Shown one piece after another: positions 30,186 to 40,195 of a DNA stretch of 64,000 nt. The notes beneath the pieces are model-generated. The model was not told the DNA's origin and did no database searches. It saw only the letters and a program-made list of their open reading frames with translations. The stretch is from Candidatus Omnitrophica bacterium UBA6233 (GTDB taxonomy: Bacteria; Omnitrophota; Gorgyraeia; Gygaellales; Profunditerraquicolaceae): the NCBI GenBank assembly GCA_002440965.1, contig DJWJ01000033.1, forward strand, positions 7,627 to 71,626, read 5' to 3'. Within the stretch, counting starts at the first letter, position 1. The number at the start of each line of letters is the position of its first letter. Position numbers and translations under genes: made by a program.

Positions 30186-31322
30186 TTATTTCAAAAAAAT
30201 CTCTTCTGCCGCCCTTATGCCTGTGCCCATCTGGAATTTATAACCCATCTGCGTTAAAACTTTTTCCAAACAGGAAATCCCAATGACTATATCAAACTCC
30301 TCGATAAAACCCATATGCGCGAATCTGAAAACTTTGCCTTTTAATTCATCCTGTCCTCCGGCTATTGTAACGCCGTAGGTATCACGCATGGTTTTAACCA
30401 GTTTTTCTCCATCAAACCCGGCAGGGACCTTAACCGAAGTTACTACATCCGAACCCGATTCTGGAGCGAATAATTCCAACCCTAATGCCTTTACTGCCGC
30501 TCTTGTCGCATCCGCTAATTTTCTATGACGGTTAAAAACTACATCCAGCCCATCCTGACGGATCAACTTAAGCGCCTCATTAAGCGCAATCACCAAAGTA
30601 ATGGCTGGAGTAAAAGGCGTATCGGTTTTATCCAAAGCCTTTTTGGCTTTTCTTAAATCAAAATAATATCTGGGGCTCTTGGAATTTTCAACCAGCTTAG
30701 CTGCCTTGAGGCTAACTGAAATAAAACTCAATCCCGGAGGAAGCATCAATCCTTTTTGCGAACCGCTGACAACCACATCGCAGGCCCATTCGTCAGTTTT
30801 TAAATCAACCGCGCCTAATGAACTTATTGCATCAACCACTAATACGGCTTCCGTATTTTTTACGGCCTTTCCGATAGCCGCAATATCGTTCAACACGCCG
30901 GTCGAAGTTTCACACTGAGTGGTAAATACCGCTTTAATCTTGGGGTTAGCTTTTAATTTTTTTTCTATATCCAAAGGATTAACCGCCTTCCCCCATTTTA
31001 CATCGATTACTTCAACGGTTATCCCATAAGCCTTGCAAATCTCAGTCCATCTTTCGCCAAATTTACCACCTTGAACAACCAAAGCAGTATCACCGGCTGA
31101 CAACAGGTTGATTACCGCTGCCTCCATTGCTCCGGTACCGGAAGAAGTAAGGATAAAAACGTCGTTATTGGTCTGAAAAACATATTTCAATCCTTCAACC
31201 GCTTCTTTCAACATCGCCTGAAACTGCGGAGTCCGGTGATGAATTATGGGACGAGCCATCGACTCCATTACCTGCGGAGGTAAAGGTGTCGGTCCGGGAG
31301 TCAATAAATAGTTCTTTCTCAT
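30186..31322 (-). CDS. class V aminotransferase (AGXT/SerC-like; probable phosphoserine aminotransferase)
   Basis: 378 aa PLP fold-type I class V. It sits immediately downstream of serA, which suggests a role in serine synthesis. Confidence 0.6.
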   Translation of the reverse strand: MRKNYLLTPGPTPLPPQVMESMARPIIHHRTPQFQAMLKEAVEGLKYVFQTNNDVFILTSSGTGAMEAAVINLLSAGDTALVVQGGKFGERWTEICKAYGITVEVIDVKWGKAVNPLDIEKKLKANPKIKAVFTTQCETSTGVLNDIAAIGKAVKNTEAVLVVDAISSLGAVDLKTDEWACDVVVSGSQKGLMLPPGLSFISVSLKAAKLVENSKSPRYYFDLRKAKKALDKTDTPFTPAITLVIALNEALKLIRQDGLDVVFNRHRKLADATRAAVKALGLELFAPESGSDVVTSVKVPAGFDGEKLVKTMRDTYGVTIAGGQDELKGKVFRFAHMGFIEEFDIVIGISCLEKVLTQMGYKFQMGTGIRAAEEIFLK

Positions 31323-31355
31323 GCGTGAATCCTCCTAGTTGGTTACTTTAAACTA

Positions 31356-31552
31356 AAAAGTCTGAATGCAAAAGTCAAAATCACAAGTCAAAAAGCAAAA
31401 CTGTTAATATCAAAGCTCGGAGACCAAAATTCAAAATAAATCTAAATGACAAAGACCCAATGCCAAAACCTTGGTTTTGATATTTGAGCTTGGGGATTTA
31501 TTTTGGATTTCGAATTTTGTCATTTGTCACTACACTTTTTTACTTTTGCTAT
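31356..31552. repeat. palindromic element, family 1 (full-length with outer caaaagtcaaaa module)
   Basis: aatgcaaaagtcaaaatcacaagtcaaaaagcaaaactg...caaagctcggagaccaaaattcaaaataaatctaaatgacaaagacccaatgccaaaaccttggttttgatatttgagcttggggatttattttggatttcgaattttgtcatttgtcac...ttttttacttttgc. Confidence 0.85.
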
Positions 31553-31555
31553 ATT

Positions 31556-32173
31556 TTATTTCTTTTTTTCCTGCGGTAAAATTACTTCATCAACCAAACC
31601 ATAGGCTTTGGCTTCATCAGCGGACATAAAATAATCCCTATCCGTATCTTTTTTCACTTTTTCAATCGACTGTCCCGTATGATGGGCAATTATCTCATTA
31701 ATCTTGTCCCGCATTCTTAAAATTTCCTGGGCATGGCGCGAAATATCTTCTGCTTGTCCTTGCACGCCTCCCCATGGCTGATGAATCATAATCCTTGAAT
31801 TAGGAAGGGCCTGACGTTTTCCTTTTGTTCCAGCGAGTAAAAGCAAAGCCCCCATACTGGAAGCCTGCCCCACGCAATAAGTAGCTATATCACATTTGAC
31901 AAATTGCATAGTATCATAAATGGCCAACCCGGCAGTAACTGAACCCCCCGGAGAATTTATATAAACGTTTATATCTTTGTTCACATCTTCCATCTGCAAA
32001 AACAGTATCTGGGCAATGATTAAATTAGCCACATAATCATCAATAGGAGTCCCGATAAAAAGAATACGATCCTTAAGCAGTCTAGAGTAAATATCATAAG
32101 CCCGTTCATAGCCTCTGGCGGTCTGTTCGATTACCATCGGCACTAAAGTCTGATTTTTAATCTCCATACCCAC
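31556..32173 (-). CDS. clpP: ATP-dependent Clp protease proteolytic subunit
   Basis: 205 aa. The ClpP catalytic triad context is present ([17 protein letters not shown]). Confidence 0.9.
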   Translation of the reverse strand: MGMEIKNQTLVPMVIEQTARGYERAYDIYSRLLKDRILFIGTPIDDYVANLIIAQILFLQMEDVNKDINVYINSPGGSVTAGLAIYDTMQFVKCDIATYCVGQASSMGALLLLAGTKGKRQALPNSRIMIHQPWGGVQGQAEDISRHAQEILRMRDKINEIIAHHTGQSIEKVKKDTDRDYFMSADEAKAYGLVDEVILPQEKKK

Positions 32174-32194
32174 CTCCTTATGTTATATTAATGC

Positions 32195-32300
32195 CTAAAA
32201 AGTCCAAGCTTCAATGACGATTCAAATCCCAAGCTCCAATTTTATATATTGAATCATTGGGATTTTATTCGACATTGGGATTTGGTGATTGGACATTAGT
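32195..32300. repeat. palindromic element, family 2 (cccaat / caatgacgaatg type)
   Basis: aagtccaagcttcaatgacgattcaaatcccaagctccaatttta/tatattgaatcattgggattttattcgacattgggatttggtgattggacatt. Related copies are at 4921-5040 and 23241-23300. Confidence 0.7.
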
Positions 32301-32305
32301 ATATA

Positions 32306-33187
32306 TTATTTTGTATCTACGCGCCAATTAGCTTCTCTCAACAAAAATTCCATTACCCTGCGCGGCATATGATCGTCGGAAGCGATATTCTCTTTCTTGG
32401 CTATCGCTGCCAGAACCAAATAAATTCTTACCTGCTTAACTGCTTCCGGCTCAAGTTCTTCGCGCATTTTTTTATCCTGTTCTTCTATCTTATCACGCGG
32501 AACTCCTTTTATGGCTAAATCTACCTTAGCCTGGCGAAGCATATCTTCCAATTGCCGCTTAACCAAACCCTGAGGAGATTTAAAATCCACGCCCTTAATC
32601 AGGTTCTCGACAATTTCAGTTTCGATTTTCTGGCGTTCAGCATTTTCCTTCTGGATAAAAATCTGTTTCTCTAGGATTTTCTCCAGTTCCCCCAGATTCG
32701 GATACCCTAAAGATTTGGCAAGGTTATCATCTATACTGTCAATCTTGCGCGATTCCTTTAATGCGTCAATTGCGCGCTTAACTTCATCAGAAGCGACGCT
32801 TACGCTTTTATATTCAATCTTAATCCCCCTATAATCCTTAGCCTCAATCTCCGGGCTAACCTCTACTTTAGCCTTAAAAGAAAGAGACTCGCGTTCAAGC
32901 TTTACTTCGGATATTTCAGGAAGCTCGATGACATCCAGCCCTTCTTTGTTAATCGCGTCATTATAAATATCCGGAACCAGCTCTTTCAGCACCTGTTCGT
33001 GAGCAACAGCGGCATAATTTTTCTCCAAGATGTCGCGCGGGGCATGCCCGGGGCGAAAACCCGGGATTTTAGCTTCCTGCCCTATACGTTTGAAAACTTC
33101 CTCAAATTTATTTTTTACTACATCTCCGTTAATTTCAATATTAAGTTCTCTTATGTTGCTTTCCAGTTTCTTTACCTCTGTTTTCAT
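32306..33187 (-). CDS. tig: trigger factor-like chaperone lacking the central PPIase domain
   Basis: 293 aa. The N-terminal ribosome-binding region (GFRPGHAPR) and C-terminal arm are present. It sits upstream of clpP as in the tig-clpP arrangement. It is about 140 aa shorter than canonical TF. Confidence 0.6.
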   Translation of the reverse strand: MKTEVKKLESNIRELNIEINGDVVKNKFEEVFKRIGQEAKIPGFRPGHAPRDILEKNYAAVAHEQVLKELVPDIYNDAINKEGLDVIELPEISEVKLERESLSFKAKVEVSPEIEAKDYRGIKIEYKSVSVASDEVKRAIDALKESRKIDSIDDNLAKSLGYPNLGELEKILEKQIFIQKENAERQKIETEIVENLIKGVDFKSPQGLVKRQLEDMLRQAKVDLAIKGVPRDKIEEQDKKMREELEPEAVKQVRIYLVLAAIAKKENIASDDHMPRRVMEFLLREANWRVDTK

Positions 33188-33237
33188 TTCTCCCTTTCTT
33201 AGTTGAGATTCCTAGTTACAGCGAATCCAATCCTCAC

Positions 33238-33969
33238 TCACATTCTGAATTTTTCGCCCAGATAAATCGAACGGGCTTGCGCGTTGTTAATAAGTTCTTC
33301 GGCTGTGCCTGAAATAAGGATCTTACCGTCAGCAATTAAATATGCCCTATCGGTTATTGAAAGCGTCTCTCTCACATTATGATCCGTAAGCAAAATCCCC
33401 AGCCCTTTTTCTCTTAATTCCTTGATAATCTCCTGCGCCTCATTAACCACAATCGGGTCAATCCCGGAAAACGGCTCATCCAGAAGTATAAAAGACGGAT
33501 TAGTTACCAGGGCCCGGGTAATCTCTAAACGCCTGCGTTCGCCGCCGGATAAAGTAAAAGCCTTGGATTTGGCAAGATGGGCTATATTCAATTCATTAAG
33601 CAGACTCTCAAGGCGTTTTCTTCTCTCGGTCTTTCCTATGGGAAGAGTTTCCAGGATCGCCATGATATTTTCTTCAACTGTAAGTTTACGGAATATCGAG
33701 GCTTCCTGCGACAAATAGCCTATCCCGAAATGCGCGCGCTCATGGATAGACAAATTGGTTATATCATAATTATCAAAAACAATCTTTCCGCGGTTCGGAG
33801 GGATAATCCCTACCACCATATAGAAAGTAGTGGTTTTACCGGCGCCGTTTGGCCCGAGGAGCCCGACGATTTCTCCGCGTTTTACCAAAAGGTCTACGCC
33901 CTTGACTACCTCTCTGCCGCCGTAAGACTTGCTTAAACCTTTAATTTCTAAAAGATGCATTTTCAACAA
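33238..33969 (-). CDS. lptB: LPS export ABC transporter ATP-binding protein
   Basis: 243 aa single NBD with Walker A GPNGAGKTT and signature LSGGERRR. It is adjacent to an OstA-like gene and the kds genes. Confidence 0.85.
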   Translation of the reverse strand: MLKMHLLEIKGLSKSYGGREVVKGVDLLVKRGEIVGLLGPNGAGKTTTFYMVVGIIPPNRGKIVFDNYDITNLSIHERAHFGIGYLSQEASIFRKLTVEENIMAILETLPIGKTERRKRLESLLNELNIAHLAKSKAFTLSGGERRRLEITRALVTNPSFILLDEPFSGIDPIVVNEAQEIIKELREKGLGILLTDHNVRETLSITDRAYLIADGKILISGTAEELINNAQARSIYLGEKFRM

Positions 33970-34849
33970 TATCCTTTGTGGAATAGAAAACCAGCTTCGG
34001 CCTTCCGATTAAAACTATTTTTCGGTCGCTGGCCGTATACACCGCCTCTTCGCTAAAAGACGTATTCTCTCCGCGGACAATCTTAACATTCCCCTTAGCC
34101 ACAATCTTATCTATCTTATTGTTGCCCATCGGCTCCGGGGTTTTATTTGCCAATTTTGTATCCTTACCCGCGCTAAAATAAAGATACATCGTATCACTAT
34201 ATATCTGAGAATCGGATCTTTCCACTAAAACATTCTTGCTAAATGTAGCGATATTCTTTTCATAATCTATTTCCAGCGAGCCATCGCAAGTAATGGTGAT
34301 TTTTTCTTTTATTCCTAAGCCTTCGGGGTTAGTTGTTGTTTTTGTCGTCGGATTTATATCCACCTTAACATCTTTATTCAACGCCAGTTTTTTCAGGTTC
34401 ATCTGGCCGTTGGCGCCGGTGCCGACGATATTCATATTGTCTCTGGCTATATTTACCTTATCTTTGGTAGTTACCAACTGCTTGTTCCTGTCCCAATCCA
34501 TGGAATCGGTAGTAAGCTTGGCTCCTTTTGATGTAGTAATGACCACATCCTTTTCCAAATGCACTTTACCGTCTTTTTTGTTGAAATTTCCGGTTTTCGC
34601 CGTAAGGTTCACATTTTCATCTTTGCCGTATAAATTACCGTCTACGTCTTTTAATTTAACTTCTTCCGTGAATATATCCGCTGACTTACCGGAAAGATCC
34701 CAGCTTTTTTTACCCTTATCTCCGTAACCAGCGAGGGAAAAACCGTTAATCTGCTGGTCGGATTCCTGACTCTCGACAGTATCGGCAAAAACAGGCGCGC
34801 AGAACAAAAAAACCAATATAAAGGATAAACAACCTTCCTTAAGCTTCAT
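33941..34849 (-). CDS. LptA/OstA-like periplasmic LPS transport protein
   Basis: 302 aa, signal peptide and an OstA-like beta-jellyroll pattern (repeated ...G.V.I...). It sits in the lptB-lptA-kdsC-kdsD order. Confidence 0.6.
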   Translation of the reverse strand: MKLKEGCLSFILVFLFCAPVFADTVESQESDQQINGFSLAGYGDKGKKSWDLSGKSADIFTEEVKLKDVDGNLYGKDENVNLTAKTGNFNKKDGKVHLEKDVVITTSKGAKLTTDSMDWDRNKQLVTTKDKVNIARDNMNIVGTGANGQMNLKKLALNKDVKVDINPTTKTTTNPEGLGIKEKITITCDGSLEIDYEKNIATFSKNVLVERSDSQIYSDTMYLYFSAGKDTKLANKTPEPMGNNKIDKIVAKGNVKIVRGENTSFSEEAVYTASDRKIVLIGRPKLVFYSTKDIVENASFRN

Positions 34850-35381
34850 AAAATCTGATAACCTCTCCCCATTTACCCTGCGATTTGAGGATTAGCTCAG
34901 CAATCTCGCGCACAGCGCCCCTTCCGCCATGCCTGACGGTAATGTAACTGGCAGCCTGTTTTATTTCAGGGCAAGCATTAAATACCGCGATTGGCAAACC
35001 CACGATTCTCATCAAACCCAAATCTACCAAATCGTCTCCTACAAAACAAACTTCTTCGCGAGTTACCTTATATTTCTTCATAATCTTTCCCAATATCGCG
35101 CTTTTGGGAGAAACATCTGTGTAAACTTCGGTCACCCGCATATCCTTAGCCCTGGGTATAATAGCCCTTGAACTTTTAGCGGTAACGATAACTGTTTTTA
35201 TCCCGGCTTTACTCAATGCATAAACTCCCAAACCATCGTGGACATCAAAAAACTTCGAGTCCCTCCCCTTAGAATCATAAATGATTCTACCGTCTGTTAA
35301 AACCCCGTCTACGTCAAGCAGGAGGACTTTTATCTTACTGGCGCGGACATCCAACTCTTGTTTAAATGTATCACTGGACAT
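34839..35381 (-). CDS. kdsC: 3-deoxy-D-manno-octulosonate 8-phosphate phosphatase (HAD)
   Basis: 180 aa. The HAD motif I is VLLLDVDGVLTDG, then the KdsC-type tetramer fold. Confidence 0.85.
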   Translation of the reverse strand: MSSDTFKQELDVRASKIKVLLLDVDGVLTDGRIIYDSKGRDSKFFDVHDGLGVYALSKAGIKTVIVTAKSSRAIIPRAKDMRVTEVYTDVSPKSAILGKIMKKYKVTREEVCFVGDDLVDLGLMRIVGLPIAVFNACPEIKQAASYITVRHGGRGAVREIAELILKSQGKWGEVIRFYEA

Positions 35382-35383
35382 TT

Positions 35384-36352
35384 TTATACCAATCCTGCCT
35401 TTAAAAGATCCTGCACATCCAATAAACCCACCGGACGATTATTTTTATCCACTACAGGAAGTTCATCAACTCTTTTTTCCTGCAATATCCGCATCGCTTC
35501 GGCTGCCAACATCTCCCGATAAACAACCGTCGGATTTTTAGTCATTACTTCTTTTATTTTACGTAAAGGAAGCTTATCATCTATCCCGAGATGCCGGCGC
35601 AAATCTCCGTCGGTAAAAATACCCTTTAATTTCCCCTGTTTATCCACGACCGTAGCGGAACCCGCGCGCGCCTGAGTAATCTTAAGGAGAACTTGCGATA
35701 CTTTTTCTTCTTCTTTAACAATAGGATTGGAGCGTCCCGAACGCATAATATCTTCAACCCTTAAAAGCAGGCGCCTTCCTAAAGCCCCTCCGGGGTGGAA
35801 AAAAGCAAAATCTTTTTCTTGGAAATTCTTTAGCTCCAATAAGCATATAGCCAAAGCATCTGCCATGGCCAAAGCCGCGGTGGTCGAAGCTGTCGGCGCT
35901 AAACCTAAAGGACAAGCCTCCTTCTTTACCGAAACATCCAAAACTATATCGCTATATTTTGCCAAAATGGATTTGGTGTTTCCGGTAAGGGCAATCACTT
36001 TACAACCTATCTTTTTTAACAGGGGCAAAAACTGCTTCATTTCTTCCGTAGAGCCGCTATTGGAAAGCACAATCACTACATCATCCGCAGTAACCTTACC
36101 CAAATCTCCGTGGATTGCTTCGGCGGTATGCAAAAACAGACTCGGAGTTCCGGTTGAAGCAAGGGTGGCGGAAAATTTCTGGGCGATGATACCGGTTTTG
36201 CCCATGCCGCTTACTATAGCCCTGGCCTTTGTTTTATAAATTAAATTTACGGCGCTCTTGAAATCATCATTAATACGCGCTTTTAAGTTTCTAATCGCGT
36301 CGGCTTCGATATCCAAAACTTCTTTTGCTCTTTTTGCTACATTTATTTTCAT
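35384..36352 (-). CDS. kdsD: arabinose-5-phosphate isomerase (SIS + tandem CBS; KpsF/GutQ family)
   Basis: 322 aa. A SIS domain is followed by a CBS pair. Confidence 0.85.
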   Translation of the reverse strand: MKINVAKRAKEVLDIEADAIRNLKARINDDFKSAVNLIYKTKARAIVSGMGKTGIIAQKFSATLASTGTPSLFLHTAEAIHGDLGKVTADDVVIVLSNSGSTEEMKQFLPLLKKIGCKVIALTGNTKSILAKYSDIVLDVSVKKEACPLGLAPTASTTAALAMADALAICLLELKNFQEKDFAFFHPGGALGRRLLLRVEDIMRSGRSNPIVKEEEKVSQVLLKITQARAGSATVVDKQGKLKGIFTDGDLRRHLGIDDKLPLRKIKEVMTKNPTVVYREMLAAEAMRILQEKRVDELPVVDKNNRPVGLLDVQDLLKAGLV

Positions 36353-36398
36353 TTTTATGCCTTCTGAATTAAGCTAAGTATAGAAAAATTTCCTGCCT

Positions 36399-37220
36399 TT
36401 ACCTATCCATCATTGCAATTTCTATTTTCTTAACCTGTTTTAAGAGTTTTTCTAATTGTTTTAAATTAATCATATTCGGGCCGTCGCACGGAGCTTTATC
36501 CGGATCCGGATGCACTTCCAAAAATAAACCGTCACAGCCAAAGGCAACTGCTGCGCGGGATAAACCTTCTACAAATTCGCGCTCTCCTCCGGAGGATGAA
36601 CCCTTACCTCCGGGGATTTGAATGCTGTGGGTCGCGTCATAAATCACCGGATAACCAAATCCGGCCATAATCTTTAAAGCTCTAAAATCCGAAACTAAAT
36701 TATTATAACCAAAACTAACTCCCCGTTCGGTAATCAGGATCTTTTTATTTCCCGCAGACTCAACTTTCTTAATGATCGGCAGAATATTCCAAGGAGCAAG
36801 GAATTGCCCTTTTTTAATGTTGACTACCTTGCCGGTTCTTGCTGCAGCTATCACTATATCGGTCTGCCGGCATAAAAATGCGGGAATCTGGATTATATCC
36901 AAGACTTTCGCAGCCTCGGCCATGTCTTTAGCACAATGCACATCGCTTAATATAGGCAGCTTGAGCTGCTGCTTAACTTTGCTCAAAACCTCTAAACCTT
37001 TTTTTATTCCGGGGCCGCGAAAAGAATCCACCGACATCCGATTGGCCTTATCAAAACTGGATTTAAATATGAAAGGGATGCCGAGCTTATGGGTAATATC
37101 TTTTATTCTCTTGGCGGTATCAAGAACAAGCGTCTGAGACTCGATAACGCAAGGTCCGGCAATAAGCGCTATAGGATTTTTATTGCCTATTTTAATGTTC
37201 TCGACCATAACCTCAGGCAT
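36399..37220 (-). CDS. kdsA: 2-dehydro-3-deoxyphosphooctonate aldolase (KDO8P synthase)
   Basis: 273 aa DAHP-synthase-I-like TIM barrel. It is the KdsA family, in the kds cluster. Confidence 0.9.
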   Translation of the reverse strand: MPEVMVENIKIGNKNPIALIAGPCVIESQTLVLDTAKRIKDITHKLGIPFIFKSSFDKANRMSVDSFRGPGIKKGLEVLSKVKQQLKLPILSDVHCAKDMAEAAKVLDIIQIPAFLCRQTDIVIAAARTGKVVNIKKGQFLAPWNILPIIKKVESAGNKKILITERGVSFGYNNLVSDFRALKIMAGFGYPVIYDATHSIQIPGGKGSSSGGEREFVEGLSRAAVAFGCDGLFLEVHPDPDKAPCDGPNMINLKQLEKLLKQVKKIEIAMMDR

Positions 37221-37960
37221 TATATTTTATCCTTTTCTAAAATAGCTCTGACCTTTTCCAGGTCTTCCGGCGTATCTACGCCTACTGTATCGAACTTAGT
37301 TTCAATAACCTTAATGCGAAAACCTTCTTCAAGCACCCTTAATTGCTCAAGACGCTCGGTCTTTTCTAAATTGGAAACCGGTAGGTTCTTGTAAGTAAAA
37401 AGGAAGTCTTTGGTGTAACCATACAGGCCGATATGTTTGAAATATACGGGCTTGGCAACTTCGGAGTTAAGCGCAAAATGCGGGATAGTTGCGCGCGAAA
37501 AATAAAGCGCGAAATTATTCTTATCCACCACTACCTTGACTACATTCGGATCATTGATTAAAGCCGGATCCTCTATTCTTTTCATAAGAGTAGCCATATT
37601 TAAGTCTTTATTATTTAAAAGCGCTTCTGCCACGCTATCGATCATGCTAGGATGAATCAACGGCTCATCACCTTGAATGTTCACCACTATCTTTACGTCT
37701 AAAGGATTGACTACCTCGCTGATCCTGTCTGTTCCGCAAGGATGCGCCTTGGCAGTAAAGACTACTTTGGCTCCGAATCCCCGGGCAACGCTGGCAACCA
37801 GCTCATGGTCACAGGCAATGATTACATCATCCAGCAGCCTTGCCTGTTTTGCCCTTTCATAGACCAGCTGGATCATCGGCTTGCCAAGTATCTTGGCCAA
37901 AACCTTCCCCTCGAACCTGGTGGAAGAAAACCTTGCCGGTATAACTCCGATTACATCCAT
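37220..37960 (-). CDS. kdsB: 3-deoxy-manno-octulosonate cytidylyltransferase (CMP-KDO synthetase)
   Basis: 246 aa. VIGVIPARFSSTRFEGKVL is the KdsB N-terminal signature. Confidence 0.9.
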   Translation of the reverse strand: MDVIGVIPARFSSTRFEGKVLAKILGKPMIQLVYERAKQARLLDDVIIACDHELVASVARGFGAKVVFTAKAHPCGTDRISEVVNPLDVKIVVNIQGDEPLIHPSMIDSVAEALLNNKDLNMATLMKRIEDPALINDPNVVKVVVDKNNFALYFSRATIPHFALNSEVAKPVYFKHIGLYGYTKDFLFTYKNLPVSNLEKTERLEQLRVLEEGFRIKVIETKFDTVGVDTPEDLEKVRAILEKDKI

Positions 37961-38979
37961 TATTTTAACCTTTCCAATAATTCTTCCCTTGAAGTTGTAG
38001 CTGTTCCGATCTTACCCACGACAATTCCGGCGGCGTGATTAGCGATATGCGCTGCTTCCAGTTTACTGGCCCCGGCGCATAACCCTAAAGTAAAAGTTGA
38101 AATTACGGTATCTCCTGCCCCGGACACATCAAACACTTCCTGGGCCACAGTCGGAATACTTGTCACAACCCCATTCTTCTCGAATATTTTCATGCCTTGC
38201 TCGCCTAAAGTAACCAATAACGATTCGAGTTCCAGATATTCTAAAACCTGTTTTCCTGCGGCATCGACATCTTTATCGGTAAACAATTTATCGCTCTCCA
38301 GCTTCAATCTATTTTTATTATCCTTGATCTTTAAATTCCTTACCGCATTCTCTAGCTCCTTACGGTTAGGAGTGATGGAAGTTACCTGACGGTAATATTG
38401 AAAATGGTCTTCTTTCGGGTCAACTGTCACTATTTTTTTATGCGCTTGAGCGAGCAAAATTACCCCCTCTAAGACTTGCGCGTTGATTACGCCCTTTCCG
38501 TAATCCTCGATGATTATAGCGTCAAAATCATCGATACCCTCCTTAATAAAACTGAAAATCTTGCGGATCGTCTCCTGACGAAGGCTCTCGGTATGCTCCC
38601 AATCCACTCGCACTATCTGCTGGTGCCCGGCTATTATCCGGGTTTTTACCGTCGTGTACCTGTCCGGATCGATAAATATCCCTTTTGTATTTATTTTATT
38701 TTTCTTTAACTCCGCAAGAAGAATCTTGGCGTTTGGGTCACTCCCGATAACTCCGGCTAAATATACATCCGCTCCAAACGCGCGGATATTATTGGCGACA
38801 TTAGCCGCTCCTCCCGGAACATGCGTGCGCTTATTCGCCCAGACCACCGGAACCGGCGCTTCGGGCGAAATCCTCTCTACCTTGCCCCAAATATATTGAT
38901 CAAGAATAAGGTCGCCGATAACCAAAACTCTGGCTTTATTAAGCCTATGGATTATATCTTTTAGATTCTTAATATTCAT
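37960..38979 (-). CDS. D-glycero-beta-D-manno-heptose-7-phosphate kinase (HldE/RfaE domain I-like PfkB kinase)
   Basis: 339 aa ribokinase-like. The N-terminal pattern VLVIGDLILDQYIWGKVERISPEAPVPVV is typical of RfaE domain I. Confidence 0.7.
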   Translation of the reverse strand: MNIKNLKDIIHRLNKARVLVIGDLILDQYIWGKVERISPEAPVPVVWANKRTHVPGGAANVANNIRAFGADVYLAGVIGSDPNAKILLAELKKNKINTKGIFIDPDRYTTVKTRIIAGHQQIVRVDWEHTESLRQETIRKIFSFIKEGIDDFDAIIIEDYGKGVINAQVLEGVILLAQAHKKIVTVDPKEDHFQYYRQVTSITPNRKELENAVRNLKIKDNKNRLKLESDKLFTDKDVDAAGKQVLEYLELESLLVTLGEQGMKIFEKNGVVTSIPTVAQEVFDVSGAGDTVISTFTLGLCAGASKLEAAHIANHAAGIVVGKIGTATTSREELLERLK

Positions 38980-39002
38980 ATAATGATAATGTTCAATTTA
39001 AA

Positions 39003-39197
39003 ACTCAAAAGTTAAAACGCAAAAAACAAAACTGGCAATGTCAAATGACAAAGCTCAAAATTCAAAATAAATTTAAATGACAAAATCCAAATAGCCAAAC
39101 TTCTGTTTTGATATTTGACATTTGACCTTTGGATTTATTTTGGACTTTGTATTTTGTCATTTGTCATTTAAATTTCGACTTTACTTAATATTCATAA
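39003..39197. repeat. palindromic element, family 1 (full-length)
   Basis: aaactcaaaagttaaaacgcaaaaaacaaaactg...caatgtcaaatgacaaagctcaaaattcaaaataaatttaaatgacaaaatccaaatagccaaacttctgttttgatatttgacatttgacctttggatttattttggactttgtattttgtcatttgtcatt. Confidence 0.85.
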
Positions 39198-39205
39198 CAG
39201 AATAC

Positions 39206-40135
39206 TCAAAGTTTCTCAATAATTGCCTGCGCTAAAAACGGCAGCATTATTTCGTGGTGGCCGATTATATAATAGCCCTTGCCGCCGGAAAGCACCGGCC
39301 GAGCTACTACATTTTGCGCGGCGCGGTATTGATAAATCATATCAAAAGTAGCTGTGGAAAAATCTTTAACCCTGTTCCTCAGATTACGGGCCAAATTTAG
39401 GGCCTTTAAGAAAACTTCCGGGAGCATAACCGCTGAACCAAAATTTAAAACAACACCTCCGTTATTCAAAGAGCGGATATTCTCGGTCAAAGCGTAAAAA
39501 TCCTCCTGGCTTCCTTTACCGGTTAATCCGGCGTCAAACGAAGGATGCTGGTGGATTATATCGGTTCCTATCCCGACAAAAACACACACCGGGACTTTGT
39601 ATTTATAGGCATTATATAAAAGGCTTAAGTTCTTATTGCGCAGTCCTGATTCGGCTATTTTCTTGGCGACGGAATACCCCAAACCTAACCCGCTCTCCAC
39701 ACCTTCAGCCACAGCAGTATTGATAAATTCTGCAGTCTCTCTACTCATCCCGAATTTACCGGTTTTAAGATTCTGGGTGACATCTTCCGAAGTCTTTCCC
39801 TGATAAGCAATCTCAAAATCGTGGATGATGCCAGCGCCATTCAGGCAAATACAGGTAATAACCTTGTTCTTAATCAACTCGATTAATATGGGGTTAAGTC
39901 CGCATTTTATGACGTGAGCGCCAGCCATAAATATGACTGCTTTTCCCTTTTTCCGCGCGCTTACAATGTCATTGACGATACAACGTAAATCCTTAGCCTT
40001 TAAAATATTCGGCAAAGAATCATAAAAGGCTTTAAAAGCCTTATTTTTAGCCGGAATCCGGGCAAAATCCGCGGAATTCACCTTGCTAAAACGCAACTTA
40101 ACCGAGTATGTCTTAACCTTGTGTATGTTTATCAT
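39206..40135 (-). CDS. deoxyhypusine synthase-like family protein
   Basis: 309 aa. The segment AVIFMAGAHVIKCGLNPILIELIKNKVITCICLNGAGIIHDFE parallels the DHS core (IFLGYTSNLISSGIRE..L...VDVLVTTAGGVEEDL). Confidence 0.45.
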   Translation of the reverse strand: MINIHKVKTYSVKLRFSKVNSADFARIPAKNKAFKAFYDSLPNILKAKDLRCIVNDIVSARKKGKAVIFMAGAHVIKCGLNPILIELIKNKVITCICLNGAGIIHDFEIAYQGKTSEDVTQNLKTGKFGMSRETAEFINTAVAEGVESGLGLGYSVAKKIAESGLRNKNLSLLYNAYKYKVPVCVFVGIGTDIIHQHPSFDAGLTGKGSQEDFYALTENIRSLNNGGVVLNFGSAVMLPEVFLKALNLARNLRNRVKDFSTATFDMIYQYRAAQNVVARPVLSGGKGYYIIGHHEIMLPFLAQAIIEKL

Positions 40136-40195
40136 AATGAAGTAATAATTTTAGCATAATCCAGCGCTAAATCAACTAGATATTTATACTATTAT

